This document shows positions 10,018 to 19,827 of a DNA stretch of 64,000 bases, piece after piece. The notes beneath the pieces were generated by a model. It saw only the letters and a list, made by a program, of their open reading frames with translations. It was not told the origin of the DNA and made no database searches. The first letter of the stretch is position 1. Each line of letters opens with the position of its first letter. Position numbers and translations under genes: made by a program. The stretch covers positions 792-64,791 of the forward strand of contig CAYWCU010000002.1 of the NCBI GenBank assembly GCA_964456855.1, given 5' to 3'. The stretch comes from an uncultured Candidatus Saccharibacteria bacterium. Its GTDB lineage: Bacteria > Patescibacteriota > Minisyncoccia > UBA9983.

Positions 10018-10881
10018 ATGATTATAGTTAAATTGCATGGAGGGCTCGGCAATCAAATGTTTCAATACGCCACGGGACGCAGTATTGAAATTACCAGCAA
10101 CACAAAAGTTAAATTTGATTTGTCTTGGTTTAAGCAATTCCCGCAAAGAAAATACGGGCTGGACAAATTCAACACAAAGGTTGATATTGCCAACTTGCTG
10201 GAAATTGCGAGATTGAGAAGGTGGGAGAGGAAAGACGGGCGCCGTTTTTCCCCGCTTGCTCTTTTAAGAAAAAGAGGGGCTATTCACATAAAAGACAGCG
10301 AGTATGCTTCTCAAGAAAAAATATTAAACGCAAGAGATGGTGTATATTTGGACGGACATTGGCAAAGTGAAAAATATTTTGACAAAGTAAAAGACATCAT
10401 CCGCAAAGAATTTATGTTAAAAAATGAACCAAGCGGGCGGTATAAAAACATAGAAACAGAAATCAGAAAAAACAAATCAGTATCCATGCACATCAGAAGA
10501 GGAGATTACACCATGGAAAAAGTTCAAAAAACGCTCGCACTTTGCTCATTAGGATATTATCAAAAAGCAATTCAAAAAATGGCTGAGAAAATTGAAAACC
10601 CAACTTTTTTTATTTTTTCCGACGATATAGAGTGGGTAAAAGAAAATTTAAAAATAGAATATCCAATGGTCTTTGTGAGCAATGACGAATTAAAGGATCA
10701 CGAGGAGCTGATTTTGATGAGCAAATGCGGGCATAATATTATCGCCAACAGCTCCTTCGGATGGTGGGGCGCATGGCTAAACAACAATCCGAATAAAATA
10801 ATTATTACTCCTAAAAAGTGGTTCAAAGACACTTCAAAAAATACAAAAGATTTAATTTCTGAATCTTGGTTAAAATTGTAA
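10018..10881 (+). CDS. alpha-1,2-fucosyltransferase (GT11)
   Basis: N-terminal GGLGNQMFQYA plus HIRRGDY and GHNIIANSSFGWWGAWL motifs are diagnostic of GT11. Confidence 0.85.
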   Translation: MIIVKLHGGLGNQMFQYATGRSIEITSNTKVKFDLSWFKQFPQRKYGLDKFNTKVDIANLLEIARLRRWERKDGRRFSPLALLRKRGAIHIKDSEYASQEKILNARDGVYLDGHWQSEKYFDKVKDIIRKEFMLKNEPSGRYKNIETEIRKNKSVSMHIRRGDYTMEKVQKTLALCSLGYYQKAIQKMAEKIENPTFFIFSDDIEWVKENLKIEYPMVFVSNDELKDHEELILMSKCGHNIIANSSFGWWGAWLNNNPNKIIITPKKWFKDTSKNTKDLISESWLKL

Positions 10882-10883
10882 AT

Positions 10884-11699
10884 TTAATCAACAGATTTTT
10901 TATAATTTTTACTTTCCCAATACTTAAAATCCTTTCTGGGCTTAAGCCCAACAAAAAATTGTATCAAAAAAGCATCTATTGCTCGCATAAAAGAATATTT
11001 GAACCCTCTTTTACCATCCTTGTATAATCTTCTTTTGAAATACAATTTTCTGAATCTATATTGAAAAAACCAAATACCTCTGATACAATGCCCCATAAAA
11101 CTTTTTGTCTTTGGGATTCTTTCAACCTGTAATTCTAATTGCGGGAATATTCGCTGAGGGCGATAAGCATAATGATTCCATCGTTGGCAATGCCAAACAG
11201 GGTAATTAAAATTCATTACTTTGTATGAATGTTCCAAACTTTCATGAACCCTCCCCCTCTCATCAGTTTTATAAAAAATATCTTTGTTGTTTTTTATAAT
11301 TCTCTCGGGATAATCTATTAAATGATTAACATAGTCATCAACTCTCTTTATTTTGGTAACATCTGGATTTTCCTTTTTTAAAAAATTTTTAATGTTACTT
11401 TTGAACTCATTGCTTAATTTTTCGTCCGCGTCCAAAACAATAATAAAATCTTTTGTGGCCTTTTCCATGGCAAAATTTTTGGCTGCACCGTAATGAAAAA
11501 CCCCTTCGGGATGATATTTGTGTAATTTAATATTATTATGTTGTTGGGCGAAATCTTCAATAATTCTTAATATTCCGTCTGATGAACCGGTATCAATAAT
11601 TATAATTTCGTCGGCAAAACCAACCAATGAAGCAAAAAATTCCTTCATCCGCCTTTTTTCATTTTTTACAATTGCACAAACTGAAATTGTTGGCTTCAT
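10884..11699 (-). CDS. glycosyltransferase family 2-like
   Basis: ISVCAIVKNEKRRMKEFFASL ... IIIIDTGSSDG ... VLDADEKL (GT2 N-domain with DxD). Confidence 0.65.
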   Translation of the reverse strand: MKPTISVCAIVKNEKRRMKEFFASLVGFADEIIIIDTGSSDGILRIIEDFAQQHNNIKLHKYHPEGVFHYGAAKNFAMEKATKDFIIVLDADEKLSNEFKSNIKNFLKKENPDVTKIKRVDDYVNHLIDYPERIIKNNKDIFYKTDERGRVHESLEHSYKVMNFNYPVWHCQRWNHYAYRPQRIFPQLELQVERIPKTKSFMGHCIRGIWFFQYRFRKLYFKRRLYKDGKRGFKYSFMRAIDAFLIQFFVGLKPRKDFKYWESKNYKKSVD

Positions 11700-11710
11700 A
11701 AAAATATTTT

Positions 11711-12145
11711 TTATTTAATTAAATTAATAAAAATTTTCCTTCGCGGTTTATAAATTTTGAAAAAGTAAATTTTGTCTTTGACTTCTTTTTTGGAAAATTC
11801 GCCTACCATATCCAATAATTCTTTCTCCTTGTAGCGGTGCTTATGGGTCGGATCTTTTTTCATCAATTTTTTCTTGGACCAATCTTTGTCAACCTTAATA
11901 TCGGCTCTTCCGCCCTTTTTCAAAACCCTGTAAATTTCATCAAAAAATTTCCGCGCCTCGCTCGGGTCAAAATGCTCCACCAAATGCGCCGAATACACTT
12001 CATCAACGCTGTTGTCGCCAAAAGGCAAGTTCAGCGCCGACGCCACGATATCGGGACATGTTTTTTCGTCCAAGTCAACGCCGACAAAACCTTCTCGCTT
12101 ATTGCTTCCGCATCCGATGTCAATTTTTATTTTTTTATTTTCCAT
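11711..12145 (-). CDS. class I SAM-dependent methyltransferase (Methyltransf_11-like)
   Basis: IDIGCGSNKREGFVGVD ... SVDEVYSAHLVEHF ... VLKKGG. Confidence 0.7.
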   Translation of the reverse strand: MENKKIKIDIGCGSNKREGFVGVDLDEKTCPDIVASALNLPFGDNSVDEVYSAHLVEHFDPSEARKFFDEIYRVLKKGGRADIKVDKDWSKKKLMKKDPTHKHRYKEKELLDMVGEFSKKEVKDKIYFFKIYKPRRKIFINLIK

Positions 12146-12208
12146 ATTATAACGGTTAAAAGTTTATAAATTTCAAAGCCGTAAAGCGGAAATAGAAAAT
12201 TATTGATT

Positions 12209-13108
12209 TTAATATTTTACTTTGTAATCTTTCGGCTTTATTTTGTAAAATAAATTAAGCCAGCCGAACAAAACATTAAAAACAATTTTATCTTTCGCGG
12301 ACATTTCTCTTTTCCATTTTTCATCCAATTTTATTTCGTCGCTCTTTGCTTTTATTCTCAGATTAAAATTGCCGCCCGGCTGATAATGGACATTATTTTT
12401 AAACCTTAACATCTCTGGCTCAAAAGGCAATCCCACCCGCCCTAAAATGAATTTCAGAATATTTTTCGGATCTTTGACAAAATCTTCGTATAAAATAAAA
12501 ATATTCGGGATATTTTTATTTCTTTTTTTAACCAACTCTATTTTTATGTTGGTCATCGCCCATCTTTTCATAAAAGCGAAACCTCGCCTGCCCAATTTTA
12601 TGTTTGAATAAGCGACTCCCCTGCCGTCCCTGACCAAATGCAATAATGTGATGTCCAGATCTTCGCTGAATTTAATGATGGCTTCCGCGCGGTCATAATC
12701 CTTGGAAGAGTCAAAGACAACTTTTTTGCCGGAGAACCGCGCTATGTTTTTATAAACCCGTTCCGCCGCGCGGGCGTATTCTCTCGCATCCAATTTCTTT
12801 TCGGATCCGCCGGCGTAATAGAGAAAATTATCGCTGTTCAAAAGAAAATCCGGCTTTCTCCTGTGTGTCGGCGGCAATTTTGAAACATCCACGCCCTCAA
12901 AAACTTTTTGCCAAAATTCGCAATCCTTTATTTCATTCCCGCAGCTGCACAATTCGCCGGAATTCAGATGGTCGCCGTAGTGCGACAGCTCGCCGACGCC
13001 GACAACTTGCGAATGCGAATCCATAACCAAATCCAGCAAGGTGCTGCCAGAATGCCCTTCCCCCGCCAGTATTATTACGGGAATTTTTTTATTATTTTTT
13101 TTCTCCAT
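12209..13108 (-). CDS. sulfotransferase family protein
   Basis: 5'-PSB-like GEGHSGSTLL and 3'-PB-like LLHLVRDGRGV motifs, with a Cys-rich insert. Confidence 0.65.
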   Translation of the reverse strand: MEKKNNKKIPVIILAGEGHSGSTLLDLVMDSHSQVVGVGELSHYGDHLNSGELCSCGNEIKDCEFWQKVFEGVDVSKLPPTHRRKPDFLLNSDNFLYYAGGSEKKLDAREYARAAERVYKNIARFSGKKVVFDSSKDYDRAEAIIKFSEDLDITLLHLVRDGRGVAYSNIKLGRRGFAFMKRWAMTNIKIELVKKRNKNIPNIFILYEDFVKDPKNILKFILGRVGLPFEPEMLRFKNNVHYQPGGNFNLRIKAKSDEIKLDEKWKREMSAKDKIVFNVLFGWLNLFYKIKPKDYKVKY

Positions 13109-14207
13109 AAATCTCCAAATATTTTTTAATAATGTTGTCCCATGACATTTCTTGGCTCCGGCTTACGGCGTTTCGGGACATTCTTTCATATAGCTCAGGA
13201 TCGCTTAATAATCTGATAATTTTCTCCGCGGTATCTTCCGGATTATTCTGTTTCGCCAAAAAGCCGTTAAATCCGTCTTTTATCGCGTCCTCTCCCCCAT
13301 TACCGCAGGAACCGACAACCGGCAAGCCACGCGCGTTCGCTTCAAGATAAACCAATCCAAACCCTTCAAAATTAAACTCGTCGCTCAAGGGGGTTAAGGC
13401 GAAAATTTTTGATTTTGCGTAAAGTTCTTTCAGCTCATTATTGGAAACTTTCCCGAGTAAAACAACATTGCCGCCCAAATCCGAATCCTCAATTATTTTC
13501 TTAATATGGTTTGTATAATCGCCGTCGCTCTGCGAACCCGCTATAAGGTATTTGGCGTCCGGAATCGCCTTGAGGATAATCTTCATCGCCCTGACAATAA
13601 CATCAAACCCTTTTCTTTTTTTCAAAGCTCCGACCCCGATAATTGTATTTTCTTTTTGCCGGACGCCAGACGTCTCTTTGTCCGCGAAATCAACATCCAC
13701 CCCGTTCGGAATGACGATAAAATTCGCCGAACTTAAATTGCCACGCCCCAAAACTGTTTTCCTCGTGTAATCGCTGACGCAAACAACTTTTCGCGCGTTT
13801 TTATAGGCGGCGGTTTGAAAAAATTTGTAAAAAGCCCCGCGCAATGTCTTAACGCCGTAAGAACCGTGAATTGTGATAAAATATCTCGCGCGCGAAATCC
13901 TGGAAAGCAAATAAGCGATGAAAGCGTAGGGCTCAACAAAGCAATGAATTAAATCTATCTTGCCCGCCCTTTTTGTCTTTAACAATATTCTTAACGCATA
14001 CAAGGGCGCCAAAAAATAATTTTTCTTGAAGCTGAGTGGGTTTGGCAGAATTTCAATTTGTTCAATATCGCCATATTCCTCGCTTTTCTTATTGCAAACA
14101 ACGATAACCTTAAACCCATTTTTTATCAGTTGCTTAATAAGAGACAAGGAATAACTCCCCCATCCGCTTTTTTCTCCCAAATAATTTGTAATAATTAAAA
14201 TTTTCAT
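13092..14207 (-). CDS. glycosyltransferase family 4
   Basis: MKILIITNY... GT-B N-domain. C-domain IIGVGALKKRKGFDVIVRAMK ... EGFGLVYLEANARGLPVVGS (E-X7-E motif). Confidence 0.8.
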   Translation of the reverse strand: MKILIITNYLGEKSGWGSYSLSLIKQLIKNGFKVIVVCNKKSEEYGDIEQIEILPNPLSFKKNYFLAPLYALRILLKTKRAGKIDLIHCFVEPYAFIAYLLSRISRARYFITIHGSYGVKTLRGAFYKFFQTAAYKNARKVVCVSDYTRKTVLGRGNLSSANFIVIPNGVDVDFADKETSGVRQKENTIIGVGALKKRKGFDVIVRAMKIILKAIPDAKYLIAGSQSDGDYTNHIKKIIEDSDLGGNVVLLGKVSNNELKELYAKSKIFALTPLSDEFNFEGFGLVYLEANARGLPVVGSCGNGGEDAIKDGFNGFLAKQNNPEDTAEKIIRLLSDPELYERMSRNAVSRSQEMSWDNIIKKYLEIYGEKK

Positions 14208-14296
14208 AATAATATCCAGCTATTTTACGCCATTCAACTTTATAAACTTTCAACTTTCACCCTTATAAACTCAATTATTCTCTCCGCCCTCTTTTT

Positions 14297-14370
14297 CCAC
14301 GCGTAATTCAGGACATCTTCGCGCGCCTGCCTTGCAATTCTATCAGCAAAATCGGGGTTTTGCAAAACTT
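14297..14370. repeat. direct repeat: duplicated 3'-end fragment of the GT4 gene at 15689-16849, left flank of the AbiE cassette
   Basis: cgcctgccttgcaattctatcagcaaaatcggggtt(t/c)tgcaaaac is near-identical at 14322-14368 and 15757-15803, with weaker similarity further upstream. The reverse strand encodes the remnant ...VLQNPDFADRIARQAREDV.... Confidence 0.75.
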
Positions 14371-15062
14371 TATTTTTCATTCTCTAAGCTGAGTTTCAAT
14401 AAAAATATTATGTCAGTTTTCAGGTTTTTCTTTACATCGTCTTTTTGTTTTTCATCCAAAAGTTCGCCCATACCGCTTAAAATATTTTTATTGCTAATCT
14501 GCTCTAATTTTGCGATACTTTTTTTCAGAAATTCACCAAACTCCATACCGGTCCTATCTTTAATTATTTTCTTATTCACGGGCCAATTATTTTTAAGGAA
14601 AAAGTGAACATCATAAATATCCCTGTTGGTTTTTCCTATCCTTTCATACATAGCCACCAATTTATGGGCGAACATATCCTCGCGAACCATCACAAGCATT
14701 GAAATCCCCAGGTATGATTTTAGTTCATACCGCGACCCGAATTTTCTGAGATTTATTTCAATTTTAATGTTTTGGCTTTTTTCTTTATGGGAAACCAGAA
14801 AAAATAAATTGTATCTCTTTTCTCTGGCGTCTTTTATTTTGCCATAGTTTTTGGCAATATCTTTGACTCTCAAAAAAACGATTTCTTTTTTTGATTCGTC
14901 CAGCAAATCAAAATCAAGATCAACTGAAAAACGGTCAAGACCATAAAATAAATAAGCGGCAGTCCCTCCTTTGAAACCCAAAAAGGGAGATATGTCCGTA
15001 TCGGAATAAATATCCTTAAGAATTCTCAGCAATATGTTTTTATGCTCAACTTTATTTAACAT
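14370..15062 (-). CDS. abiEii: AbiEii/AbiGii-family nucleotidyltransferase toxin (type IV toxin-antitoxin / abortive infection)
   Basis: FLGFKGGTAAYLFYGLDRFSVDLDFD is the DUF1814 AbiEii nucleotidyltransferase signature. Overlaps the upstream antitoxin gene by 11 nt. Confidence 0.8.
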   Translation of the reverse strand: MLNKVEHKNILLRILKDIYSDTDISPFLGFKGGTAAYLFYGLDRFSVDLDFDLLDESKKEIVFLRVKDIAKNYGKIKDAREKRYNLFFLVSHKEKSQNIKIEINLRKFGSRYELKSYLGISMLVMVREDMFAHKLVAMYERIGKTNRDIYDVHFFLKNNWPVNKKIIKDRTGMEFGEFLKKSIAKLEQISNKNILSGMGELLDEKQKDDVKKNLKTDIIFLLKLSLENEK

Positions 15063-15621
15063 AAAGAATTTCTTTTATCTTTTTCTCCATTCTTTTGTTT
15101 TTATAAATCGGCAAAATTTCAAAAACTTTGTCCCGATTAAGGGGAGATGGATTGTCAAAATAATAGTCTTTATTTATGTAAAGCGTGTCCAAAAAAGCTC
15201 TCTCTTTTGATGCTATAAAATATTCGCCGGAATTTTTCACCCCCACCTTGTTGGTCAGTATGGCGTCCTTTATTTTTCTAAAAGAATATTTTTGTCCATC
15301 GCATTTTATTTCGCGCGTCAAATAAGATGCGACAAAAATTTGGCTGTGGTGCTGAAAAGTAATCCCTGATTGCCCTAAGACGGTTTCAAAGCTCACATAA
15401 GCCGGAGTATAAATTTTTGTCGCAAGTTCAAATTTGTTATAATTCTTGTCTTTGGCGTAAAAACCACGGCGAATATGATGCAAATCTCCGTTTTTTACAT
15501 AATAGTTAATCCGCACCCTGGCGGCGGCGCCCGCATCTCTCCATAACAAAACAATATCCTTAAAAGAAAAGACTGTTTTGCTTGAACGCAATATTATTGA
15601 AAGATAATCACCTTTTTTCAT
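15052..15621 (-). CDS. abiEi: AbiEi-family antitoxin / transcriptional regulator
   Basis: About 190 aa with an N-terminal winged-helix and a C-terminal AbiEi-type domain. Positioned immediately upstream of and overlapping abiEii. Confidence 0.65.
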   Translation of the reverse strand: MKKGDYLSIILRSSKTVFSFKDIVLLWRDAGAAARVRINYYVKNGDLHHIRRGFYAKDKNYNKFELATKIYTPAYVSFETVLGQSGITFQHHSQIFVASYLTREIKCDGQKYSFRKIKDAILTNKVGVKNSGEYFIASKERAFLDTLYINKDYYFDNPSPLNRDKVFEILPIYKNKRMEKKIKEILYVK

Positions 15622-15688
15622 ATATGTCCCATACGTTAGCTTTAACCTTATATATAGTTTATATTATATATAAACTGCGGTCAACACT

Positions 15689-16849
15689 TTATCTGTTTAC
15701 GAATTCCAAAATCTCTTTTACTCTCTTTTCCCAAGTGTGATTTTGAACATCCTCGCACGCCTGCCTTGCAATTCTATCAGCAAAATCGGGGTTCTGCAAA
15801 ACGCGCGCGATACCCTCCGCGAGTTTCTCAGGGTTATCCGGCTCAACCAATATGGCGTTGTTTTCGTTTAAAATTTCCCTGATGGACGGCATGTCCGAGG
15901 CGACAATCGGCGTTCCGCTCGCCATATATTCAAACAGCTTCATCGGTGAAGTGTAATATTTTGAAATATCCTCTTTCGCGGTATTCGGCAACACGAGGAC
16001 ATCGGCGGCTTTCATCCATATAGGCATTTCTCCGTGAGGGCGATATCCGCCAATCTTTATATTTTCGCGATTCTTAACTCTTGATTTATAGTCATTTATA
16101 TCACTTTCCGTCCCCCCAATCAAATATATCAAGATATTCCCGTTCAAAAATTTTCCGGAATCCACCAAAGTGTCCACGCCTTTCCACGAATATAAATGCC
16201 CAGTGTAAAGAACTATTTTTTTATCCGCCGGCAAATTCAATCTCTCTCTGACTTTTAACTTTTCACTTTCAACTTTAAACTTATTGATGTCCACCCCGTC
16301 CGGCGCGACTAAAATCCTACTTGAATCAAGATTGTATTCTTTGATGTAAAAATCTTTGAGCCCTTGGGTAATGGATATAATGCCTCGGCTTTTTTTAAGA
16401 ACCCGCGCCACCAAAAAGTTTTTTCGAGCGGTGTGCGTTTCCCAAACGAGATTCTTTTTAAAAAAAGACAAATAAGAGAGTGGCAATTCGTCGCGGGAGT
16501 AAATTATATCCGCCTTTTGGAACAAAACATACCAAAAAGCGGAACAAGCGAATGAAAGCGACTGGATTCTAAAGCCGATTTTTCCGAATTTCACCAAATC
16601 CAGCGATGGAATTTTCGTTATCCGGAAATTTTTCTTCACTCCGTAATATTCAAACGGATCCTGTTTGATTTTATTGAACCGCCAAGGCAAAACAAGCTCC
16701 ACCTTTAACTTTTCACTTTCAACTTTTAACTCGGAAAACGCCTCGCACATCTTCATTATCTGAATCCCATGCGCCTTTTCCGTGGGTATTCTTACATTGG
16801 CTATGTAAATTATTTTCACCCCATTAGAAATATTTGTTGCTTTTTTCAT
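15689..16849 (-). CDS. glycosyltransferase family 4
   Basis: GT-B fold with C-domain KKIVLYTGHLYSWKGVD ... EMPIWMKAADVLVLPN ... FEYMASGTPIVASD. Contains two identical 23-nt AAAGTTGAAAGTGAAAAGTTAAA tracts, each encoding KVESEKLK. Confidence 0.8.
   Translation of the reverse strand: MKKATNISNGVKIIYIANVRIPTEKAHGIQIMKMCEAFSELKVESEKLKVELVLPWRFNKIKQDPFEYYGVKKNFRITKIPSLDLVKFGKIGFRIQSLSFACSAFWYVLFQKADIIYSRDELPLSYLSFFKKNLVWETHTARKNFLVARVLKKSRGIISITQGLKDFYIKEYNLDSSRILVAPDGVDINKFKVESEKLKVRERLNLPADKKIVLYTGHLYSWKGVDTLVDSGKFLNGNILIYLIGGTESDINDYKSRVKNRENIKIGGYRPHGEMPIWMKAADVLVLPNTAKEDISKYYTSPMKLFEYMASGTPIVASDMPSIREILNENNAILVEPDNPEKLAEGIARVLQNPDFADRIARQACEDVQNHTWEKRVKEILEFVNR
15729..15803. repeat. direct repeat: intact 3' end of GT4 15689-16849, right flank of the AbiE cassette
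   Basis: See 14297-14370. This copy sits inside the functional GT4 C-terminus (VLQNPDFADRIARQACEDVQNH). Confidence 0.75.
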
Positions 16850-16890
16850 AAACTAATTAAGTTATCTGCCCCGTAAATTTCTAACGGGGT

Positions 16891-17562
16891 TCATTTTGTA
16901 ATTTTAATTAAGTTATCATAATATTCATCATTCTCCCACTCTTTTAGCTTTTTTTCGGGGTATGAAAAATCAGGGATATTTTTAGCAATAATATAAATAT
17001 GCGGAGAAAAAATAGAAGTAAAAATTTTATCCAAAAATTTTATTCCAAACGCAAAAGACCTTATATCCGCTATTTCCCACCCCGCCCGCTCAACCGTGAG
17101 CTCCAAGCTCTTTTTAGTGAAAAAATTAATATGGTTGCTTGCCAACGCCCCTCTGAATTTATTTAATTTAAGCAAACAAATAAATTTGGGAATAACGGGC
17201 ACCCCCAGAATTAATATTGTTTTATCGTCAGAAATTTTTTTCAGCTTAATCAAAAAAGAATGCGGGGATAAAATATGTTCAAATAAATTATTCGCCCAAA
17301 TAACCTCAAATTCTCCGGCTAAATCCACTTTATCAATCAATTCAACATTGCCGTATTTTATATTCAAATTATTGCCCTTCCCATACTCAACCTCTGAACG
17401 GGTTGTCGTAATGCCCGCGCTTCCCTTTCCGAAATTAATTAAATATTCACCATAACCACACCCCAAATCAAAAACTCTTTTATTATTTAGCTTAAATTTT
17501 TTTAAAATCCTGTTAAATGATTTTGATTTTTTTACTTTTTTAAAATGTTCTTGTATTTTCAT
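16891..17562 (-). CDS. class I SAM-dependent methyltransferase
   Basis: VFDLGCGYGEYLINFG (motif I) and IWANNLFEHILSP. Confidence 0.7.
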   Translation of the reverse strand: MKIQEHFKKVKKSKSFNRILKKFKLNNKRVFDLGCGYGEYLINFGKGSAGITTTRSEVEYGKGNNLNIKYGNVELIDKVDLAGEFEVIWANNLFEHILSPHSFLIKLKKISDDKTILILGVPVIPKFICLLKLNKFRGALASNHINFFTKKSLELTVERAGWEIADIRSFAFGIKFLDKIFTSIFSPHIYIIAKNIPDFSYPEKKLKEWENDEYYDNLIKITK

Positions 17563-17594
17563 AAATTTTTACCCCGCTAGAGATGGGATGAGTT

Positions 17595-18194
17595 TTAAAC
17601 GATTTTTAATATAAAGAAATGATGGTATTGGTTTTCCAAAGGAATAAATTCATCCATTATCTTGAAATGCCGTTTAATTATTCTCTTTATTTTTCTTAGC
17701 GGATACCCTCGCTTGCCTATTTCCCAATAATGCACACCGCTTGAGTCGTGCTTAAGAGGCAGCGGAATTTTAACGGCAAGGCGCGCTTCTTTTATCATCG
17801 GGATTTTAAAATTCAATTTTAATTGCGGACCGAAATGCGGGAGAGACAAAACAACATATCTTCCGGCAACTCGCCTTAGCTCAGACAAACTTTTTTCAAA
17901 TTTTTCAAAAGGCAAATGCTCAAGTACTTCGGCGCATAAAACAACATCAAAGCTGTTGTTTTCCAGGGGCATATCATCAACCGAACCGACAATGTCCGGA
18001 TTCAGCTCTTTTTCAATGTCAAAAGTTTTTACTTTGCCGATCTGTTTTTTCAAAACATCAACCACAATACCGTCCCCAGGACCGACAACCAAAACGCTGT
18101 TCGGCTCCAAATCCGCGACAGCCCTAATCTGGTGCCAATAACTGACCCAGCGGCTTTTATGGACATATTTTTTGAAGGAATATTTTTTATTCAT
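17595..18194 (-). CDS. class I SAM-dependent methyltransferase
   Basis: VLVVGPGDGIVVDVL ... FDVVLCAEVLEHLP. Confidence 0.7.
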   Translation of the reverse strand: MNKKYSFKKYVHKSRWVSYWHQIRAVADLEPNSVLVVGPGDGIVVDVLKKQIGKVKTFDIEKELNPDIVGSVDDMPLENNSFDVVLCAEVLEHLPFEKFEKSLSELRRVAGRYVVLSLPHFGPQLKLNFKIPMIKEARLAVKIPLPLKHDSSGVHYWEIGKRGYPLRKIKRIIKRHFKIMDEFIPLENQYHHFFILKIV

Positions 18195-18227
18195 ACATTA
18201 AAAAAATCATTTATTTTTCTAATTGCA

Positions 18228-18893
18228 TTATTCATCGCTATTTTCAGCGCGCTGCCGAGCGCGTATAACAAAAGATAAAGCAAACAAGCTTGGCCATTTT
18301 CTTGCTAAAAACTTGAAAATTAACTTGGTAAATATATTGCTATTGCCAAAACCGTTAAATTGGGCATTTTCTATCTCGTATCCCAGCGCGTCCAGCATTT
18401 TTTTTAATTCTTTAAAGTTAAACCAATAAATATGCCCTTTTTGGGGCGAATTATTCTCAGGGACTTTTCCAAGCAATACTTGCAGACGAGCCGGCATAGA
18501 AGAAAAATTGGGGACGCCGATTATGATATATTTTTTTGAAACTCGCACTATCTCCTTGAGTGTTTTCTTGGGATCAAACAGATGCTCTAAAACATCAAGC
18601 GCCACAACATAGTTAAACGCATTATCGCCATAAGGCAACGGGGTGCTTGAAAAATCATACTGCGCCGCGCGCAATCCTTTTTTATTGGCGAGGCATACGG
18701 CTTCTCTGGACAGATCAAGCCCTTCCCCTTTAATATTTTTTTTATCAAGCAATTCAAGAAGCAACCCGTTTCCGCAACCGACATCAAGGACGGAGCCGCC
18801 GGAAATAAGGCTATACGCCGCCCGATGCCTGAATTCACAAGTTTGGCTTCCTCCTCTCCAAAATTTTTCAGCAAATTTTTTTTCTTGACTCAT
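18228..18893 (-). CDS. class I SAM-dependent methyltransferase
   Basis: VLDVGCGNGLLLELL ... FNYVVALDVLEHLFDP ... IIIGVPN. Confidence 0.75.
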   Translation of the reverse strand: MSQEKKFAEKFWRGGSQTCEFRHRAAYSLISGGSVLDVGCGNGLLLELLDKKNIKGEGLDLSREAVCLANKKGLRAAQYDFSSTPLPYGDNAFNYVVALDVLEHLFDPKKTLKEIVRVSKKYIIIGVPNFSSMPARLQVLLGKVPENNSPQKGHIYWFNFKELKKMLDALGYEIENAQFNGFGNSNIFTKLIFKFLARKWPSLFALSFVIRARQRAENSDE

Positions 18894-19130
18894 TTGAATA
18901 TAATGGAACTGCCACTAAATACTAGGTTTGAGCACAGTCCGTTTTAATTTACTTTTACTTCACTGATTAGTCTTTTAATTAAATTTTTCAGACCGTGATT
19001 TTCGGCAACATACTCCCTCATGCCCTCATCTTTGCCGGATTTTGAAAGCGCGATTGTTTTTTTAAAAAGTTTTCTCATTTTTTCCCTAATGTTATTTTTC
19101 GGCGCGGGGGTCAAGTAATCCAAACCGCAA

Positions 19131-19183
19131 AAACCGGCGGGATGTCAGATAAGCCGAGCATCCCGCCGGTTTTTTCTTTTTCG
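19131..19183. terminator. rho-independent terminator (possibly bidirectional)
   Basis: Hairpin ccggcgggatg-N14-catcccgccgg followed by ttttttcttttt. Lies downstream of the minus-strand gene that ends at 19227. Confidence 0.6.
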
Positions 19184-19226
19184 CAAACTTCCGGACAAAA
19201 ATGCGTTCGGTAAAGCAACCTGTTCA

Positions 19227-19637
19227 TTAGGCTTCTTTTTCCGGACCTTTCTCTTCGTCTTTCTCTTCTCCTTCTTTGGAGTCTTCTTCTTCCGATGGCT
19301 TCTCCACCCCACTTATGATATTGGCAACCTCTTGGTAGATGTCTTTTTCCTCAATGCCGTTTCTCTGTAAAAACTTCTTCGCCTCTGGAGTAATTGCCGT
19401 CGTTCCGTCTTTGGCGACATAAAATGTGTGATGTTCGTCTTTGCCCTTCCCCGAGCAAAAGGCGACAAGATTAAAACCCCCTCCTTCCTTAGGTTTGATT
19501 ACAGAGATTGAATCTATCTTGCCCTCGTTTAACGGTTTTCTCGCCCCTTCCTCAATAGCTCCGGTAATTTCTTTTCCCTTATTCTTCAATGCCGCCAATT
19601 TGGCGAAAGGTCCCTCAAATACTTTTCCAAAATTCAT
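19227..19637 (-). CDS. hypothetical protein with an acidic C-terminal tail
   Basis: 136 aa ORF with a clean stop followed by a terminator. No recognisable domain. Confidence 0.4.
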   Translation of the reverse strand: MNFGKVFEGPFAKLAALKNKGKEITGAIEEGARKPLNEGKIDSISVIKPKEGGGFNLVAFCSGKGKDEHHTFYVAKDGTTAITPEAKKFLQRNGIEEKDIYQEVANIISGVEKPSEEEDSKEGEEKDEEKGPEKEA

Positions 19638-19745
19638 ATTTTTTATATTTTTTATATTTTACCGATAAATAACGACCTGTTAGGACTATAACACAAAAAA
19701 AGAAACTTATAAACACATTTTCCGGACATTTCTCTCACTCGCCCC

Positions 19746-19774
19746 AATCCACCGAAACCGGGTTTCGGTGGATT
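19746..19774. repeat. REP-like palindromic element, family A (copy 2)
   Basis: aatccaccgaaaccgggtttcggtggatt has the same core as 1114-1155. Confidence 0.6.
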
Positions 19775-19827
19775 ACAGGAGGTGTATTTGCGCTTGGTGC
19801 GTGAGAAAAATGCCCGGGAAAATGTTT

